This document shows positions 1-11,722 of a stretch of DNA of 56,242 nucleotides, one piece after another. Origin of the DNA: Nemertoderma westbladi (taxonomy: Eukaryota > Animalia > Xenacoelomorpha); contig JAUCBJ010000819.1 of assembly GCA_032718475.1 (NCBI GenBank), forward strand, positions 1 through 56,242, in the 5' to 3' direction. The notes beneath the pieces are model-generated. The model ran no database searches. It was given only the letters and a program-made list of their open reading frames with translations, and had not been told where the DNA came from. Within the stretch, counting starts at the first letter, position 1, and each line of letters starts with the position of its first letter. Position numbers and translations under genes: made by a program.

Positions 1-2
1 GG

Positions 3-1721
3 CCTAATTATCTCAGGCTCATCAACTATTGTAGAGAGTCTTTGGACCTTAATACTTTGGGCCGTAGGTTCTATACTACTCAAGTCTGTGCTAGCTAGCT
101 GTCTTCTAACAGCTGGGGGCAAATCAGGCAATTTGCGACGGTAAGATGTTTTTCTACGCCTACTTAGATGAGATCTATTTCCTCCGCCTTCAGGATCGGT
201 AGTATCGCCTTCCTCCGAGGATGTGTATCCTTGGCGCTTGGGAGTAGATTTTCTCATCATCTGCATCTGATTAGCAGTATACTGTTTATTTATACTGTCT
301 TGCGTCTCTTGCAGATTTTCCAACTCTAGTTGGATAGTCTCCTCAGACGCTCTCCGTTCTGCTTCTGCCACTGTTGCCTTTCTTTCGGCTTCCGCCGCCT
401 TTCTTTCTGCTTCTGCTTCTGCCTCTTTTGCCTTTCTTTCGGCTTCTGCTTCTTTTCTTTCTGCTTCTGCTTCCGCCGCTTTTGCCTTTCTTTCGGCTTC
501 TGCTTCTTTTCTTTCTGCTTCTGCTTCCGCCGCCGCTGCTGCTGCTACCTTTCTTCTCTCTATCAGTTCTTTCTTTACTTGCTCTTCTCGGACTCTAGTG
601 AGGCGTAGTTTTTCATCACATTCAGCTTGGTTTGCAGCTAACATTTCGGCATCGATTGAGTCCAACACAAGCTTGGTTCCTTCACTATTAGGGGAAAGTC
701 CAGACAGCCGTCTCCTCAACTCTTCGTCTCCTAGGAATCGCTGATAGTCGGACAAATAAATGTCGATAGCGTCTCTAGTTCGCGGTTTCTCGGCGGTCTC
801 TTCGCTTTCCGCTTGAGAAAGGGTGACATCAGTTTGTTCTTCACAGGTTGATCTCTCAGCCAGCTGGGATTTCCACTGGGCCGTTTCCTGTACTTGGAGA
901 TCTACCCGATGTAACCAAGTTTTGACAGCAACCTGCAGCGACGTGTCCTGTCTTCTTTTGGAAGTTTCCTCAAAGGCTGAGAGGATTAGTCGTATGCGTA
1001 GGGTTCTTTCGCGTATTTGATATAGCAGCTCTTCCTGCTCTTGAGGTCCTTGAGGTTGTCGAAACAGTTGTTCTTCCAATCGATCCAAGGAGCCGAAGAA
1101 TCCCTGCACATATCCTGCTGCCGACCTCTTCCAAACAGCTGGATCCATTGTATCTTTAGCCACTCCCATCCTGTGTATATCTTCCCAAGTAGCCTCAGAC
1201 AGATCCAACGGGAGTCCGAGTCCGGGAAAGTTCCATTGTGATTCAACAATAGATATCAATTCTTCCCTGGCGTATCCCGCGTAATTGTCTTGGGTCGCTC
1301 GCTTATTCCTCGCCCAGTCGGCTTGATGTTCTTCAACCGCAATGAATATAGTAGTTAGCACTGCAGCAGGAAGGGTAAGAAGGGGGTCCGAGTAGACTGT
1401 AGCAGCCATCTGCACTCCGCGTTCGGGGGTCAGCTCTACAGTATCCGAACTGCTGGAGCTATCGGGTCGCTGGGAAGTAGGTTCTTGACCAAGATGTTGC
1501 TGCGATAGGACAGCTGCCTCTTGGTTCCGTTTGACCTGTGCCCGAGTGCCTATGATGGACCTATGGTGGACTAGCCTAGGGTCTGATACTACTGGAGGGA
1601 TGACCTTTTTTGCAGTAGGAGGTGAGCTGAACTCCTTTCTTAATCGCTCCACACTCCTATCTGAGTCACAGATAGTTGTATCGATCAGACTGTCTGACAG
1701 GTTTTGCTGAGTGTCAGACAT
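3..1721 (-). CDS. gag: Bel/Pao-like Gag N-terminal part (element B); runs off the left window edge
   Basis: ATG at 1721. No stop in the parts I translated, and its absence from the ORF track fits a frame that runs off the edge. MSDTQQNLSDSLIDTTICDSDRS resembles MSDKQDYTKNTQTDYDSCDADKS of the 31729 Gag-Pol. WKRSAAGY parallels VVRSVGGY. An AEAERK coiled-coil repeat lies at about 350-545. Confidence 0.75.
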   Translation of the reverse strand, partial: MSDTQQNLSDSLIDTTICDSDRSVERLRKEFSSPPTAKKVIPPVVSDPRLVHHRSIIGTRAQVKRNQEAAVLSQQHLGQEPTSQRPDSSSSSDTVELTPERGVQMAATVYSDPLLTLPAAVLTTIFIAVEEHQADWARNKRATQDNYAGYAREELISIVESQWNFPGLGLPLDLSEATWEDIHRMGVAKDTMDPAVWKRSAAGYVQGFFGSLDRLEEQLFRQPQGPQEQEELLYQIRERTLRIRLILSAFEETSKRRQDTSLQVAVKTWLHRVDLQVQETAQWKSQLAERSTCEEQTDVTLSQAESEETAEKPRTRDAIDIYLSDYQRFLGDEELRRRLSGLSPNSEGTKLVLDSIDAEMLAANQAECDEKLRLTRVREEQVKKELIERRKVAAAAAAEAEAERKEAEAERKAKAAEAEAERKEAEAERKAKEAEAEAERKAAEAERKATVAEAERRASEETIQLELENLQETQDSINKQYTANQMQMMRKSTPKRQGYTSSEEGDTTDPEGGGNRSHLSRRRKTSYRRKLPDLPPAVRRQLASTDLSSIEPTAQSIKVQRLSTIVDEPEIIR

Positions 1722-3084
1722 GTTTAGCTATACAGTTGAATGCCTACTACTATAGTTTCAGTTAAAGCAAGTCTGGTAATTCAGTATGACCGCAAGCCTA
1801 GCGATTTATTACCGGTACCGTTACTCAGTGTAACGTGATATATATACAATATATTAGAATACCGGTATGCTTATAATATATATAAGTATTATTACAGACT
1901 AGATTTGTCACAGAGTACCGGTATATAATTTTAGCACAAATATATATATATATATATAGTAGGCCTATCGTGAATACCGGTATACAGCTGACACTTATAG
2001 TATATATAAGTATAATTATGAACTAGAATTAATTACAGAGTACCGGTATGATTTCAGCTCAAATTTATAGAAACAAATATAATAAGCCTATGGTAAGTAC
2101 CGGTATGTCAATTATTTTTTAGAATAATTGAATTTCTGAATATTTTAGGGTTACTTGGTTACTTTAACTTACTTTATTACCGTTATTTAAGCAGTAGTCC
2201 AACTGATATTGAGACCTAGTTGTTGTATGTCAGGCCTACTATTTATAAATCGTTTGAGTTGATTTATAATATTTATATACCCGTTTAAAAATGGGTTTTG
2301 TCAATATTTGAAATAAATGTTATTATTTCTGGGGGAGTCACTACACAGAAGCTGTGCGCTCTCAGTGAAGTGCTATTGATTTGACACTAAAACTGATAAT
2401 TCTAATTTACCTAAGTTACTTAATACTACGAATTACTTACTATACTGGTGAGATTAATTCTCTAATTAAACACAACAAAAATATTACGTACGAAATTTTT
2501 AGGGTAATTTTACAGGAAGTCTACAAACCAGCCTAACAAAGGGTTAGAATTCTGGTTATTACAACGGACAGGGTACTACGGTATTTGAAATAATAAGTAG
2601 TAGTAAATATACTGTACTGTCCAGATAGGAAAATACCACCGCCTGACGACCTATAACCGTATCGCTATAGGTACTACGTTATGTATCACGGATTGTTCCT
2701 ACCCAGAAGCTAATAGAGCTAATGAATGTGCCTATCAACCACTTTACAACACAAATATACTGCCTACACTAATTACTTCGGAAAGCACTGTACACTAAAC
2801 CCTAAATTAGGTACAAGTACCGGTATAACAAATAATCAGTAGTTAAATATACTTGAACAGTTAAAAGAACCACGGCATCTGCTGGAGTGACCGAAGCACA
2901 AAATCTCCAGTCTTTACCTACGCCGAGCAGCCCTGATGTAGTACCGGGGTTAGTTTAACTATATCGGTATGTATAACAAGCACAATTACTGTAGGAATAA
3001 ACTTGGGGACATGAATGTTGCGAATAATCGCATAAACTCTGAATAATAAATATTACGCTACCCGTACAGAATACTCAAACAGAA

Positions 3085-3610
3085 TACAAACCAAACGCTG
3101 GCAGACTACTATCAAGCCTAAACAAACTACAGTATGTGCAGATTCTGAAACTGTTAGTTAGTATGCGTTCTAACACGGTAGTACGACTTATTCTTTAAGA
3201 GGGGATTGACCTTACAGCATATGGCTGCCCCAACTTACTAACGGCACTTTATCAGACCAACTCTACACACGCAGCAATCCCTTCAGGCCTAAGAATAGCT
3301 AGACAACAATCCAGCCTACAAAATATCTGAGTAATAACTATTACGGTACCCGAACAGACTACACAAACAAACACAGGCTAAAACACTGGCAGACTACGAT
3401 CAAGCCTAAATAAACTACAGTATATGCAGATTCTGAAACAGTTAGTTAGTATGCGTTCTAACACGGTAGTACGACTTATTCTTTAAGAGGGGATTGACCT
3501 TACCGCATATGGCTGCCCCAACTTACTAACGGCACTTTATCAGACAAACTCTACACACGCCGTAATCTCTCCAAACCCAACAACAGTCAGACAGCAGTTC
3601 AGCCTACAAT
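3085..3610. repeat. Two-copy ~288-bp tandem duplication in the leader/LTR region of element B
   Basis: gcagactac...gattctgaaac...ctttaagagggggattgacc...ctctacacacgc begins at 3101 and again at 3389. Confidence 0.85.
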
Positions 3611-3787
3611 TATCTGAACAATCTGAGCAGACTTACACGTCTTCAGCTCAATATTAACTTACTAGGAAATAAAACCGACAGAAATAAGTAAGCTCCAAAA
3701 GAAACAAGGGGTGTACAGTCCCTAATCTCTTAAACAGCCTACCGGTATACAATAATCAAAATCGAATAATACTAATGTACTTATACA

Positions 3788-3915
3788 GCAGTACCGGTTA
3801 GGACAGTTGGACCTACAGACCTACAGAAGTACCGGTTCTGCCAGTTGGACCTACGGACCTACAGCAGTACCGGTTCTGGCAGTTGGGCCTACTGACCTAC
3901 AGAAGTACCGGTTCA
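3788..3915. repeat. ~37-bp tandem repeat, about 3.5 copies
   Basis: Unit like cagNagtaccggttctgNcagttggacctacNgaccta. Confidence 0.8.
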
Positions 3916-5298
3916 GGTTTACCGGTCACTACGGTATTTTGCAACCTTATTGCCTACTGCAATAAGATCGTTAACTGTTACTGTTCGCGCTTTTGAAGAC
4001 CTTTAGCAGTTTAACCTGCCAAAATTTATATGTCTTTTAGTTAATTAAAACAACTTTAGCATACGACAATATTTTATGCTAATACACAAAACATTACCCG
4101 AAGTCAGCCCATGCGCGATCATTCACCCGATGGATCTACACCCGGGAGGCTGAATTCGGCTGCTTAAATTTTATTATTGCAGTGTAAGGTTGCAGTGTAA
4201 ACTTACTGTATTATTCGATAGATCGTTAATAATTAATCTCTGACAGATATTATTGGCTTTCGGGAAATATTAACAGTTCCTTTAGGACGTGGCGCTCTAT
4301 CTATTTAAACAGAACTAGGACTTATACTAAACGCAACGATACCGCTTATGATTAAAGTATAAGGCGCATTCTTTAGGAAATGCTTTGTTACCAATCACAA
4401 TCATGCACACTATTCTGCCGACCGTCAGTAAATTTGATCACACATAAAGAGAGCAGCAATTGACTCATGTAGGGTCTGCTAAATAACATTAGATTCAATA
4501 CACACCACATTAATATAAATCGCAATTGTTATGTATAGCCTGTCTCTCTAACCTGTAGTGTATCAAGAAAATTGGGAAATTTGGGTGATTTATCCGTATT
4601 ATCCAAAGAGCAATATTTCCATCAACAAATAGATACAATTAATAACTGACGGTAAATAACAGTACAAACAATATGATTAATAGTGAGTTAAGTAAGTTAA
4701 GATTGATTAGTTAAGTTAAGGTAACAGTTATACTTTCGATAATTTAAGCAGTTTTACTGGAGTTATTCCCAAAAGCCGGTGTTATGGCGAAAAATGGGAA
4801 CATAACAACAGAATCATATAAAATCATATGACTAGAATGACTATACGAGTATACCAACTACCCTTATTCCCCGAAGCTCCCGTCCAACACAGAGGATGAG
4901 CAGTGAGATAGGAAATTCAGTTCAGTAGCTCTGGGATAGGTCGAAATCAACGCCCACTCAAATTCTATTGGCCGATACGGACAGCAAGGCTAAGGCAACC
5001 TCTCTAAGCTAGTTGGCCGATTAAACTGAGCCCAGATATCTCCGTACAGCACATCAGCCAATAAGCTGGTAGCTTGCACTATTTTAGTTATAAATCCCTT
5101 TGAGAGTATTCTAGCGACTGGGGGGGAACTGGCCAGCAAAGGCAAACGTATCAGTTATCCCACAAAAGCTTTTACACCCATACCAGCGGGTGCCGAGGGC
5201 GACCAACCGCCAAGGAAGTTAAGGGAGCTAGAGGGATGGAGAGCTACGGGCGATAGCCAAGGCGGGAAGGGACATAGTGGATCCATCGGGATAAGGGG

Positions 5299-6162
5299 TT
5301 GGAGACACTGCCAGAAGAGGAGGACGACGACGACGAGTTCGGAGAGATGCCGCCCATCGAGAGGATAGGCCACTCGGACACGGACTGGGTTGGCGGGAGG
5401 GTGGTGACGGCCAGTGGGGCGAGAGCCTTCTGGGACAAACCCGGCAAGCGGACCTGGGTGCACGAGGAGCCGGCGATGGATTTCGCGGGGAGCACTATCA
5501 GGTTGGGCGAGCAACCGGGGACGGCACCACGGGTAGTATTCGGGGAGACGATGCCCGAGAGGGGCGGAGAGATCGACGTAGACAGAGACACCAACGTGGA
5601 GAAGTTCGCCTACCAGCGACTCCACAGACCGCGGAGATCGCTTGGGACGAAAGACGACGTGGGACGGGAGACATTGGTACTCGGCTGCGACTACTGTGGG
5701 AGACAGACCCATCGGGAAAGGAGCTGCTTATACCGGTTCCAGAAGGGAACCTTTTGTCTCTACTGCCGAGAGCCAAGCCACAGGATGGGGGCGTGTCCAC
5801 GGTTGCATAACCGATGTCCAAAGTGCCACTTTCGGGGACACTATGGACGCGAGTGCGACTGGATGAACGACGAGGAGAAGTTCACAAGATTCGAGGAGTG
5901 GGCCGACGTCGGGGCCATGACGCGCCAGCGCATGAAGGCCCAGGAGTTCAAGTGGGGTTTCTTCCTTATCAATCAGGAGACTCACATGGAAATCATAAAG
6001 CGGAGGCTACCGTTTACCTACCAAGAGGTAGCAACGGCGGCGTCGTACGCCGGAGTGATGAACACGCAGCGATATTTGGACAGGTGGACGCCAGAGAACC
6101 GAAGGGAGTTTAGGGATTTCTTGGCGGAGCACGTACCACAAGCAATGAAGATGATCCTATAG
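5299..6162 (+). CDS. Accessory triple CCHC zinc-knuckle protein of LTR element A (start uncertain; first in-frame ATG 5347)
   Basis: Three CX2CX4HX4C knuckles (CDYCGRQTHRERSC, CLYCREPSHRMGAC, CPKCHFRGHYGREC), then FEEWAD...R...WGFF. Clearly similar to 41126-42184. Lies upstream of a PPT and LTR. Confidence 0.8.
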   Translation: METLPEEEDDDDEFGEMPPIERIGHSDTDWVGGRVVTASGARAFWDKPGKRTWVHEEPAMDFAGSTIRLGEQPGTAPRVVFGETMPERGGEIDVDRDTNVEKFAYQRLHRPRRSLGTKDDVGRETLVLGCDYCGRQTHRERSCLYRFQKGTFCLYCREPSHRMGACPRLHNRCPKCHFRGHYGRECDWMNDEEKFTRFEEWADVGAMTRQRMKAQEFKWGFFLINQETHMEIIKRRLPFTYQEVATAASYAGVMNTQRYLDRWTPENRREFRDFLAEHVPQAMKMIL

Positions 6163-6384
6163 GACGCCACCAGAGGGAGACAACCGGGCCACTCTGAGGG
6201 GCCACCGGCGAAGCGATATCGGGCACTAATAACACCAGCGCCCAAGGAGCCAACGACCGGGATCAGCAGGGAGGTGGCGGCGAAGGTCCGAAAGCAGAAA
6301 GCGGATCCCAGAGGAACGGTGGTAACCAAGAAACGACCCAGGGAAGAGGACGCCAGGGGGAACTATCCCCAGAGGAACAGATAG
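6163..6384 (+). CDS. In-frame 73-aa basic extension after the TAG of the zinc-knuckle ORF (possible readthrough domain)
   Basis: DATRGRQPGHSEGPPAKRYR...VTKKRPREED...RNR*; no ATG of its own; NLS-like PPAKR and KKRPR. Confidence 0.4.
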   Translation, partial: DATRGRQPGHSEGPPAKRYRALITPAPKEPTTGISREVAAKVRKQKADPRGTVVTKKRPREEDARGNYPQRNR

Positions 6385-7086
6385 GTTCCCAGAGCCGAGG
6401 GAGAGAAACTGAGACTTGGACGTGGTGCGCCTGGAAGGCGCCGCGTGGGACGTACGAACTATTAAGTACAAATTTAATTAATGCAAATAATCATATAAGT
6501 GCAATTTGTATGTACGTATGTAGTAATTAGTAATCTACGAATATATACGCTCGAAGTAAGTACTATAGTCATACAACCTTTCTCAATTAGCTACTGGGAC
6601 TGGGGGGTAAACTGACTATGGCACTATGGACGAGACACCAGACAATTTCACACTTCTTGAGTGCGACGGCAGAGAGGGGGGGGGAGATTCGCCAGAAGGG
6701 ATGAGGTAGTCCTAGTGGGGTTGAGGGACAGAGTAGTAGGTGCGAAGTGCGGAGAGAGTGCGGACGCAATTCTAGTGTGGGGGGGGAGAATAAGAGGCTG
6801 AGTGAGTGACGAGGAGGTCCGAGTGTATGAGAGAGTTAGGATGAGAGTGAAAAAGAGATAGGGCGGAAGTGTTGGGGAAACAAAAGTTGCGTGAGAGGTG
6901 AGCGCGATCGGCCCGACATGAGACGCCAGGCACACAGGGTAGCGTTATCATACCCATAGGGAGCGGCCTGGAAAGCCGGCTCCGAGAGAAAAGAATTCCA
7001 CCCCACACCCGATACTAGATCGGGATCCAGCGGGATTGTAGCGCACTTTTTTGGTTGATGCTATCTTCTTACCGTGAAGATAGCAT

Positions 7087-7095
7087 GGGGGGGAG
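7087..7095 (+). promoter_or_regulatory. Polypurine tract of element A
   Basis: G-run ending ...gggag abuts the TGTTAG LTR start; preceded by an 11-bp hairpin (atgctatcttc/gaagatagcat). Confidence 0.8.
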
Positions 7096-7607
7096 TGTTA
7101 GCTTATTCAATCCCGCTAACACCCCATAAAGTTAAGCCGATAAGCAATATTGGGAGCCACGAGATTGGGTAATTAACCAACTCGTGCCATCCCAATAAGA
7201 ATGGGAAGGAGAGGCACACAATGAGGGTCAGGGGCCAAACCCCTAACCCAGAGAGAACAGGTGGAGTGAACGGGAACACTCCAAAGGGCGCCAACAAGGG
7301 TATCAACCAATCAGAGGGGGGAAAGGCATCGATTAGGTAGAGTAACAAGGCCAACCGTGCAATATAGCCACTTGGCAGTAATCATATCAATCCAGTTATC
7401 TCAGTGCAATATTGGTGTTAGTTTAGGTTACATAGTTTAGCTAGGGAAGGACCGGGACTTTAGTTACCGTATCCCGCCTTCCGTATACAACAACTATATT
7501 ATCTCATATCTATACCTATATCTATATCTGTATACCCAAATATTATATACGACGAACAGCACAAACTCATTTACTCTTTATACACGGCGGGGACGCGTGA
7601 ACTAACA
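7096..7607 (+). mobile_element. 3' LTR of LTR retrotransposon A (512 bp)
   Basis: Inverted termini TGTTAG...CTAACA, preceded by a PPT, with an internal CCAAT box. The partner LTR is not in the window. Confidence 0.8.
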
Positions 7608-7660
7608 TCGGATAAACCGGGATCCCTCTTGGATCCCGTCACAAAAGTCTTAGCTCTATA
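7608..7660 (-). CDS. Host gene exon (last visible), apparently interrupted by LTR A
   Basis: AAG acceptor after a 59-nt intron; phase 0 continues YRAKTFVTGSKRDPGLS(D) and runs straight into the LTR end. Confidence 0.5.
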
Positions 7661-7719
7661 CTTATGTGAATAATAATTAAATTAATTAAGTTGAATATAA
7701 CAGTAAGCTTTAAACTTAC

Positions 7720-7865
7720 ATTTAGGTTTTCAACGCCGCACTGATATTGTACACAGTAACCAGGGTTTCTGGGGTCAGATATGTAACCATGGAGACACAG
7801 ACATACACCATCGTTACCGCAGCTACAATACGGGTTGCCGGTATGTACTGGTATGCATTCATTAC
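7720..7865 (-). CDS. Host gene exon, EGF-like
   Basis: cag/gtaagt boundaries; GNECIPVHTGNPYCSCGNDGVCLCLHGYISDPRNPGYCVQYQCGVENLN; phase-consistent. Confidence 0.9.
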
Positions 7866-7915
7866 CTGTTGGTTTATAAAATGATAAATTTTGAAATATT
7901 TGTTGGCATAAATAC

Positions 7916-8530
7916 AATTGACAGCAATTGATAATTATCATCTAAGGAAGGTCGACGACTTCCAGTACCTTGGATCATGGATAGAGAGTAGCAAAAAGGA
8001 CATAGAAGTTAGGAAAGCAAAGGCTTGGGTAGCTCTATCAAAAATGGATACCATCTGGAAATCAGATCTCTCCAGGCACCTGAAGACTACAGTAAGTTCT
8101 TTCGAGCCACAGTGGAAAGTGTATTTTTATACGGGGGTGAGACCTGGACACTTACTAAATCACTTGAACAACGAATTGATGGTTGCTACACAAGACTACT
8201 AAGGGCAGCCCTAAACATCAGCTGGAGACAACACATGACAAACGCCGAGCTTTATGGTACAATACCACCTGTATCAACCACCCTCCGTGAACGCAGATTA
8301 AGATTCAGTGGGCACTGCTGGCGAAGTAAAGACGAGGTCATACCAGATCTACTTTTCTGGCAACCAACACATGGTTAGCGTAGCCGTGGACGACAGGCCA
8401 TAACATATATAGATCAACTTGAAAGGGATACTGAACTTAGGAGAAACGAAATTGCGACAACTATGGAGAATCGGGAAGCCTAGAAGGATCTAATTTCCAC
8501 TGTTCGAGTTCGCTCGACCTAGTATAGTAG
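7916..8530 (+). mobile_element. 5'-truncated RTE-clade LINE fragment (family RTE-a), frameshifted
   Basis: VDDFQYLGS...RRLRFSGHCWR; nearly identical to the 3' end of 46422-49168; TAG-type tail. Confidence 0.9.
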
Positions 8531-8776
8531 TTGGTAAAAGAAAGACATCTTATTTCGTTTCTTATGTACGTATTTCAAGTTCGATAAATCAATTAATGTA
8601 TCTCATAGTACAATAATGTACGCATGAGGTGCGACAGACCGTGGTATATTTTCGTTATTATTTGTATCACTTCATGTCAGGGTCGGGTAGCAATACAACT
8701 TTGTGAATAATTAATTATTCAGGTTATCTATATACTGTATACAACATTGAATACTTTCTACTACATCATGACTTAC

Positions 8777-8971
8777 CATCTTCATTAACTAACAACCAAC
8801 TCCAGCTGCTGACCACAGATACCTCGCTTTTAATCTCGTAAATCAACTCGCATTGGTACCCTGCTGTGTCTTCTGGAATCACGGTCTCTTGCCATGTCGT
8901 TGTTTGTCCTGTGTCATCCTTCCTCCAAAGTTCTCGGATCCCATTCCACCGAGCTCTGTAAACTTTGGTAC
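8777..8971 (-). CDS. Host gene exon, Ig domain 5 C-half
   Basis: tag/gtaagt; ...ETVIPEDTAGYQCELIY... (D-x-x-x-Y-x-C Ig F-strand motif). Confidence 0.9.
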
Positions 8972-9286
8972 CTATTCAAACGATTGAAACCTATTAATGA
9001 ACCTACAGGAACAGTGTTGACCCCCTATTATGGGAGGACATGAACTGATGGTGTATAATTTACCAAAGATGCCCATAAAATGCCTACCATAGTGTCGTTT
9101 GATTGCATTGTTCTTCTCAAATCTTATCATATTGATTAGCTTATAGGACTAGGCTTCAGTATTAAACGTATTGTGCAGCAATTGTGAATCACTTTCCTGG
9201 GACCTAGTATTTCATAGACTGTCCTAGAGTGACAACGTTAGACCATTGAATAAAAAAAGTAGGGGAGATCAATCTAGACAACTTAC

Positions 9287-9422
9287 TAATGGTGTTGAGA
9301 TTGGCTTTGGCGCATATTGACTCCGAATACAGACAAGGTTTTAAACACTGGATGACGACTACTGAATCGTGAGGAACTATAGTCACTCTTCTCGGTTGGT
9401 CCCCAGATCCCAAGGATCGAAT
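9287..9422 (-). CDS. Host gene exon, Ig domain 5 N-half
   Basis: cag/gtaagt; IRSLGSGDQPRRVTIVPHDSVVVIQCLKPC...; phase 0 to 1 fits both neighbours. Confidence 0.85.
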
Positions 9423-9665
9423 CTGCAGAGAAAAATTATTAATTGACACCATCCATGGCGTAAACAATCACTTTATACTACTTGCCCTAGACCGCTAATG
9501 CTAAATTAATCCATTACTCGTTTTATTTCATTATGGTGGGAAAAAATACAGCGTGCAGTTTCTATATGGGACACAATCTGAAACAAAACTATGTTAGGAT
9601 AATTTATTATTATTAGATAGAAAAAAATCGCTGATGTATTATGATTACATCTTACTCTAGCTTAC

Positions 9666-9830
9666 ATCTATATCCATATCCTTTGTGGGATCAGCAACGT
9701 CTATCTTGTAACGACTTGAGCCGACTATTACGTGAGCTGGTCCCAGCTTCGCGTTGCATTCATAAACACCGCTCATATAGTCCCTAGGTTTCGGTAGGGT
9801 AAGCACCTCTCCAATAAAGTTGAATTTACC
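9666..9830 (-). CDS. Host gene exon, Ig domain 4 C-half
   Basis: tag/gtaagc; GKFNFIGEVLTLPKPRDYMSGVYECNAKL... Confidence 0.9.
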
Positions 9831-9989
9831 CTATAAAATGTTAAATAATATTTTTGGTTTCAACAGTTAATTAATTTTCTATTACAATAATAAATGATTC
9901 ATCAGCGGACAAAAACTATTTATTACTTTTGTACACTCAACTCCCCTTCGGTAGCTAGTTATAATAACCAGTAATTAGCAAGTCGTTAG

Positions 9990-11155
9990 ACTTGATTACT
10001 GTAAGAAAAAAGCTACTGGCTACCGGCTACTCGCTACTGGCTACTGGCTACTGGCTACTGGCTACTGGCTACTGGCTACTGGCTACTGGCTACTGGCTAC
10101 TGGCTACTGGCTACTGGCTACTGGCTACTGGCTACTGGCTACTTACCTAGAGCAAAAAGGGCTCTAACGATTTGGATGAAATTTTGCATGGACCATGAAA
10201 ATGGATTTCTAAGGGTACTTGTGAAATCGCGGTTTAAATTGAAACATCTCAACTTGTTTTATTTCGAAAAATAGCCCCAAAACACGAAAATTGCCATAGG
10301 CGCAATGATAAAACACCAGATGGCGCTCTTGAAAAATGTATAGAGATGGCCTGGTAATGCATTCAATAGGAAGGCCAACTAACAAAGAAGTACTTTCTGT
10401 GCCATGTATTATCACTCTACTCTACAACCCAGACTGTAAGCAAACATTAACTGGTTTAGCTGCCTATTACAGTCTCAGCTGAATAACTCTTCCCAATGCA
10501 TCCTTGCTATGTTAATTAATTGGCGTGCAAGCTAAATGACTGTTAGTTATACAGTGTGTTGGCTACACAGTGTATTGTACAATGCTCTCATCGCATTATT
10601 GTTTTATTTTGACATCTTTGTACAAACATTAATACTGTGGAGGCTGTATGTTGATAAGGCTGAATGTTTACTCAGCCTAAATGATTCTCCATAAGGCTAA
10701 CACTATAGTATGAAATATAAAAATCTGTTATTATAATAATATAATTGTTGTATTTAATTAATATCGTGGTTTACATTGAACATTGTAAATTGTTAATCGC
10801 GGTTTACATTGAAACATCTCAACTTGTTTTATTTATTACAAAAAGAAAAACGAATTTGTCTTATCACTTCTTTTGCGCGATTGTATATTGAATTCATGAC
10901 AACTGCTGTTATTATTATTAATCAATTGACACCTCGACTCCTCTCTGACTGCTCTCTATCTTCTATAATCACAACAGCTTTTATAATTCATTAGATGATT
11001 ACAACATAATCATTTCTCGTAATATCGTTCTAAATTTCTCGTACACCAACGGGACTACCCTCACACTAATTTATTATCAGACAGAACAAAAAGCTTTTAC
11101 TTGACTCGTACTGTCTCCTACCACTTGCTTCACGGGCCGCTAGGCCCGTCTCTAG
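9990..11155 (+). mobile_element. Non-autonomous Helitron-like element (5' boundary approximate)
   Basis: 3' hairpin acgggcc-gcta-ggcccgt followed by CTAG|T at 11152-11156; 7-mer microsatellite near the 5' end. Confidence 0.6.
10011..10142. repeat. (CTGGCTA)n heptanucleotide microsatellite
   Basis: Directly visible, about 18 units. Confidence 0.95.
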
Positions 11156-11616
11156 TATCAAAATAGTCAGTTAGTTCATTCGTGTTGCCTATTCCATGTT
11201 AACGTTTTTCCTTTGATATATTTATTATATTATTCATCTTAATTTATATTTTTCATTTATTATTTTGACTGGTACTGTGTACAGTATATAGTAGAAAACT
11301 AATTAATATAACTTCTCTACTAAACAGGGTATGTGACAACGCCCATTACAATCATCTACTAACACGTTTAATGTTTTGTTTAATTGTTTAATGTTTTGGT
11401 TGCATTCACTCGGCTTTCGGCCTTTGTTACCTGATTGTTTTCTGACCTATTGCATAACAGTCAACATTCATTTTGCATGTTAACATTACACTGCCTAACC
11501 CCCAGAATAAACTGCATCATGTACATAATCGTTGGTAAAATGTAAAAAATGAGTTAAAAGTATTTTTTTAAGTAATTTTCAGCATATTCTACATTTCGCA
11601 CATTGGTGATATTGGT

Positions 11617-11722
11617 GGAAGGGTTTACTGTCGAAGATCACCCATGGTGGTGAACAGACATTCCTTTAGGAAACAGAGTGGAAGGGTTTACTGTCGAAGA
11701 TCACCCATATGGTGGTGAACAG
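11617..11722. repeat. Two-copy ~43-bp direct repeat
   Basis: gtggaagggtttactgtcgaagatcaccca(ta)tggtggtgaacag occurs twice. Confidence 0.85.

Noticed and set aside
330-608. Hydrophobic F/C/L-rich plus-strand ORFs
   Set aside because: Antisense shadows of the AEAERK coiled-coil repeat in the minus-strand Gag.
2229-2245. Self-priming PBS for element B (aata|gtagg on the minus strand, like C)
   Set aside because: I found no matching perfect complement upstream, so the LTR end of B stays undefined.
5155-6471. Multiple overlapping antisense and alternate-frame ORFs
   Set aside because: Expected shadows in GC-rich coding DNA; no motifs.
9087-9223. Possible extra host exon
   Set aside because: All frames from the candidate acceptors hit stops; 9287 splices cleanly to 8971.
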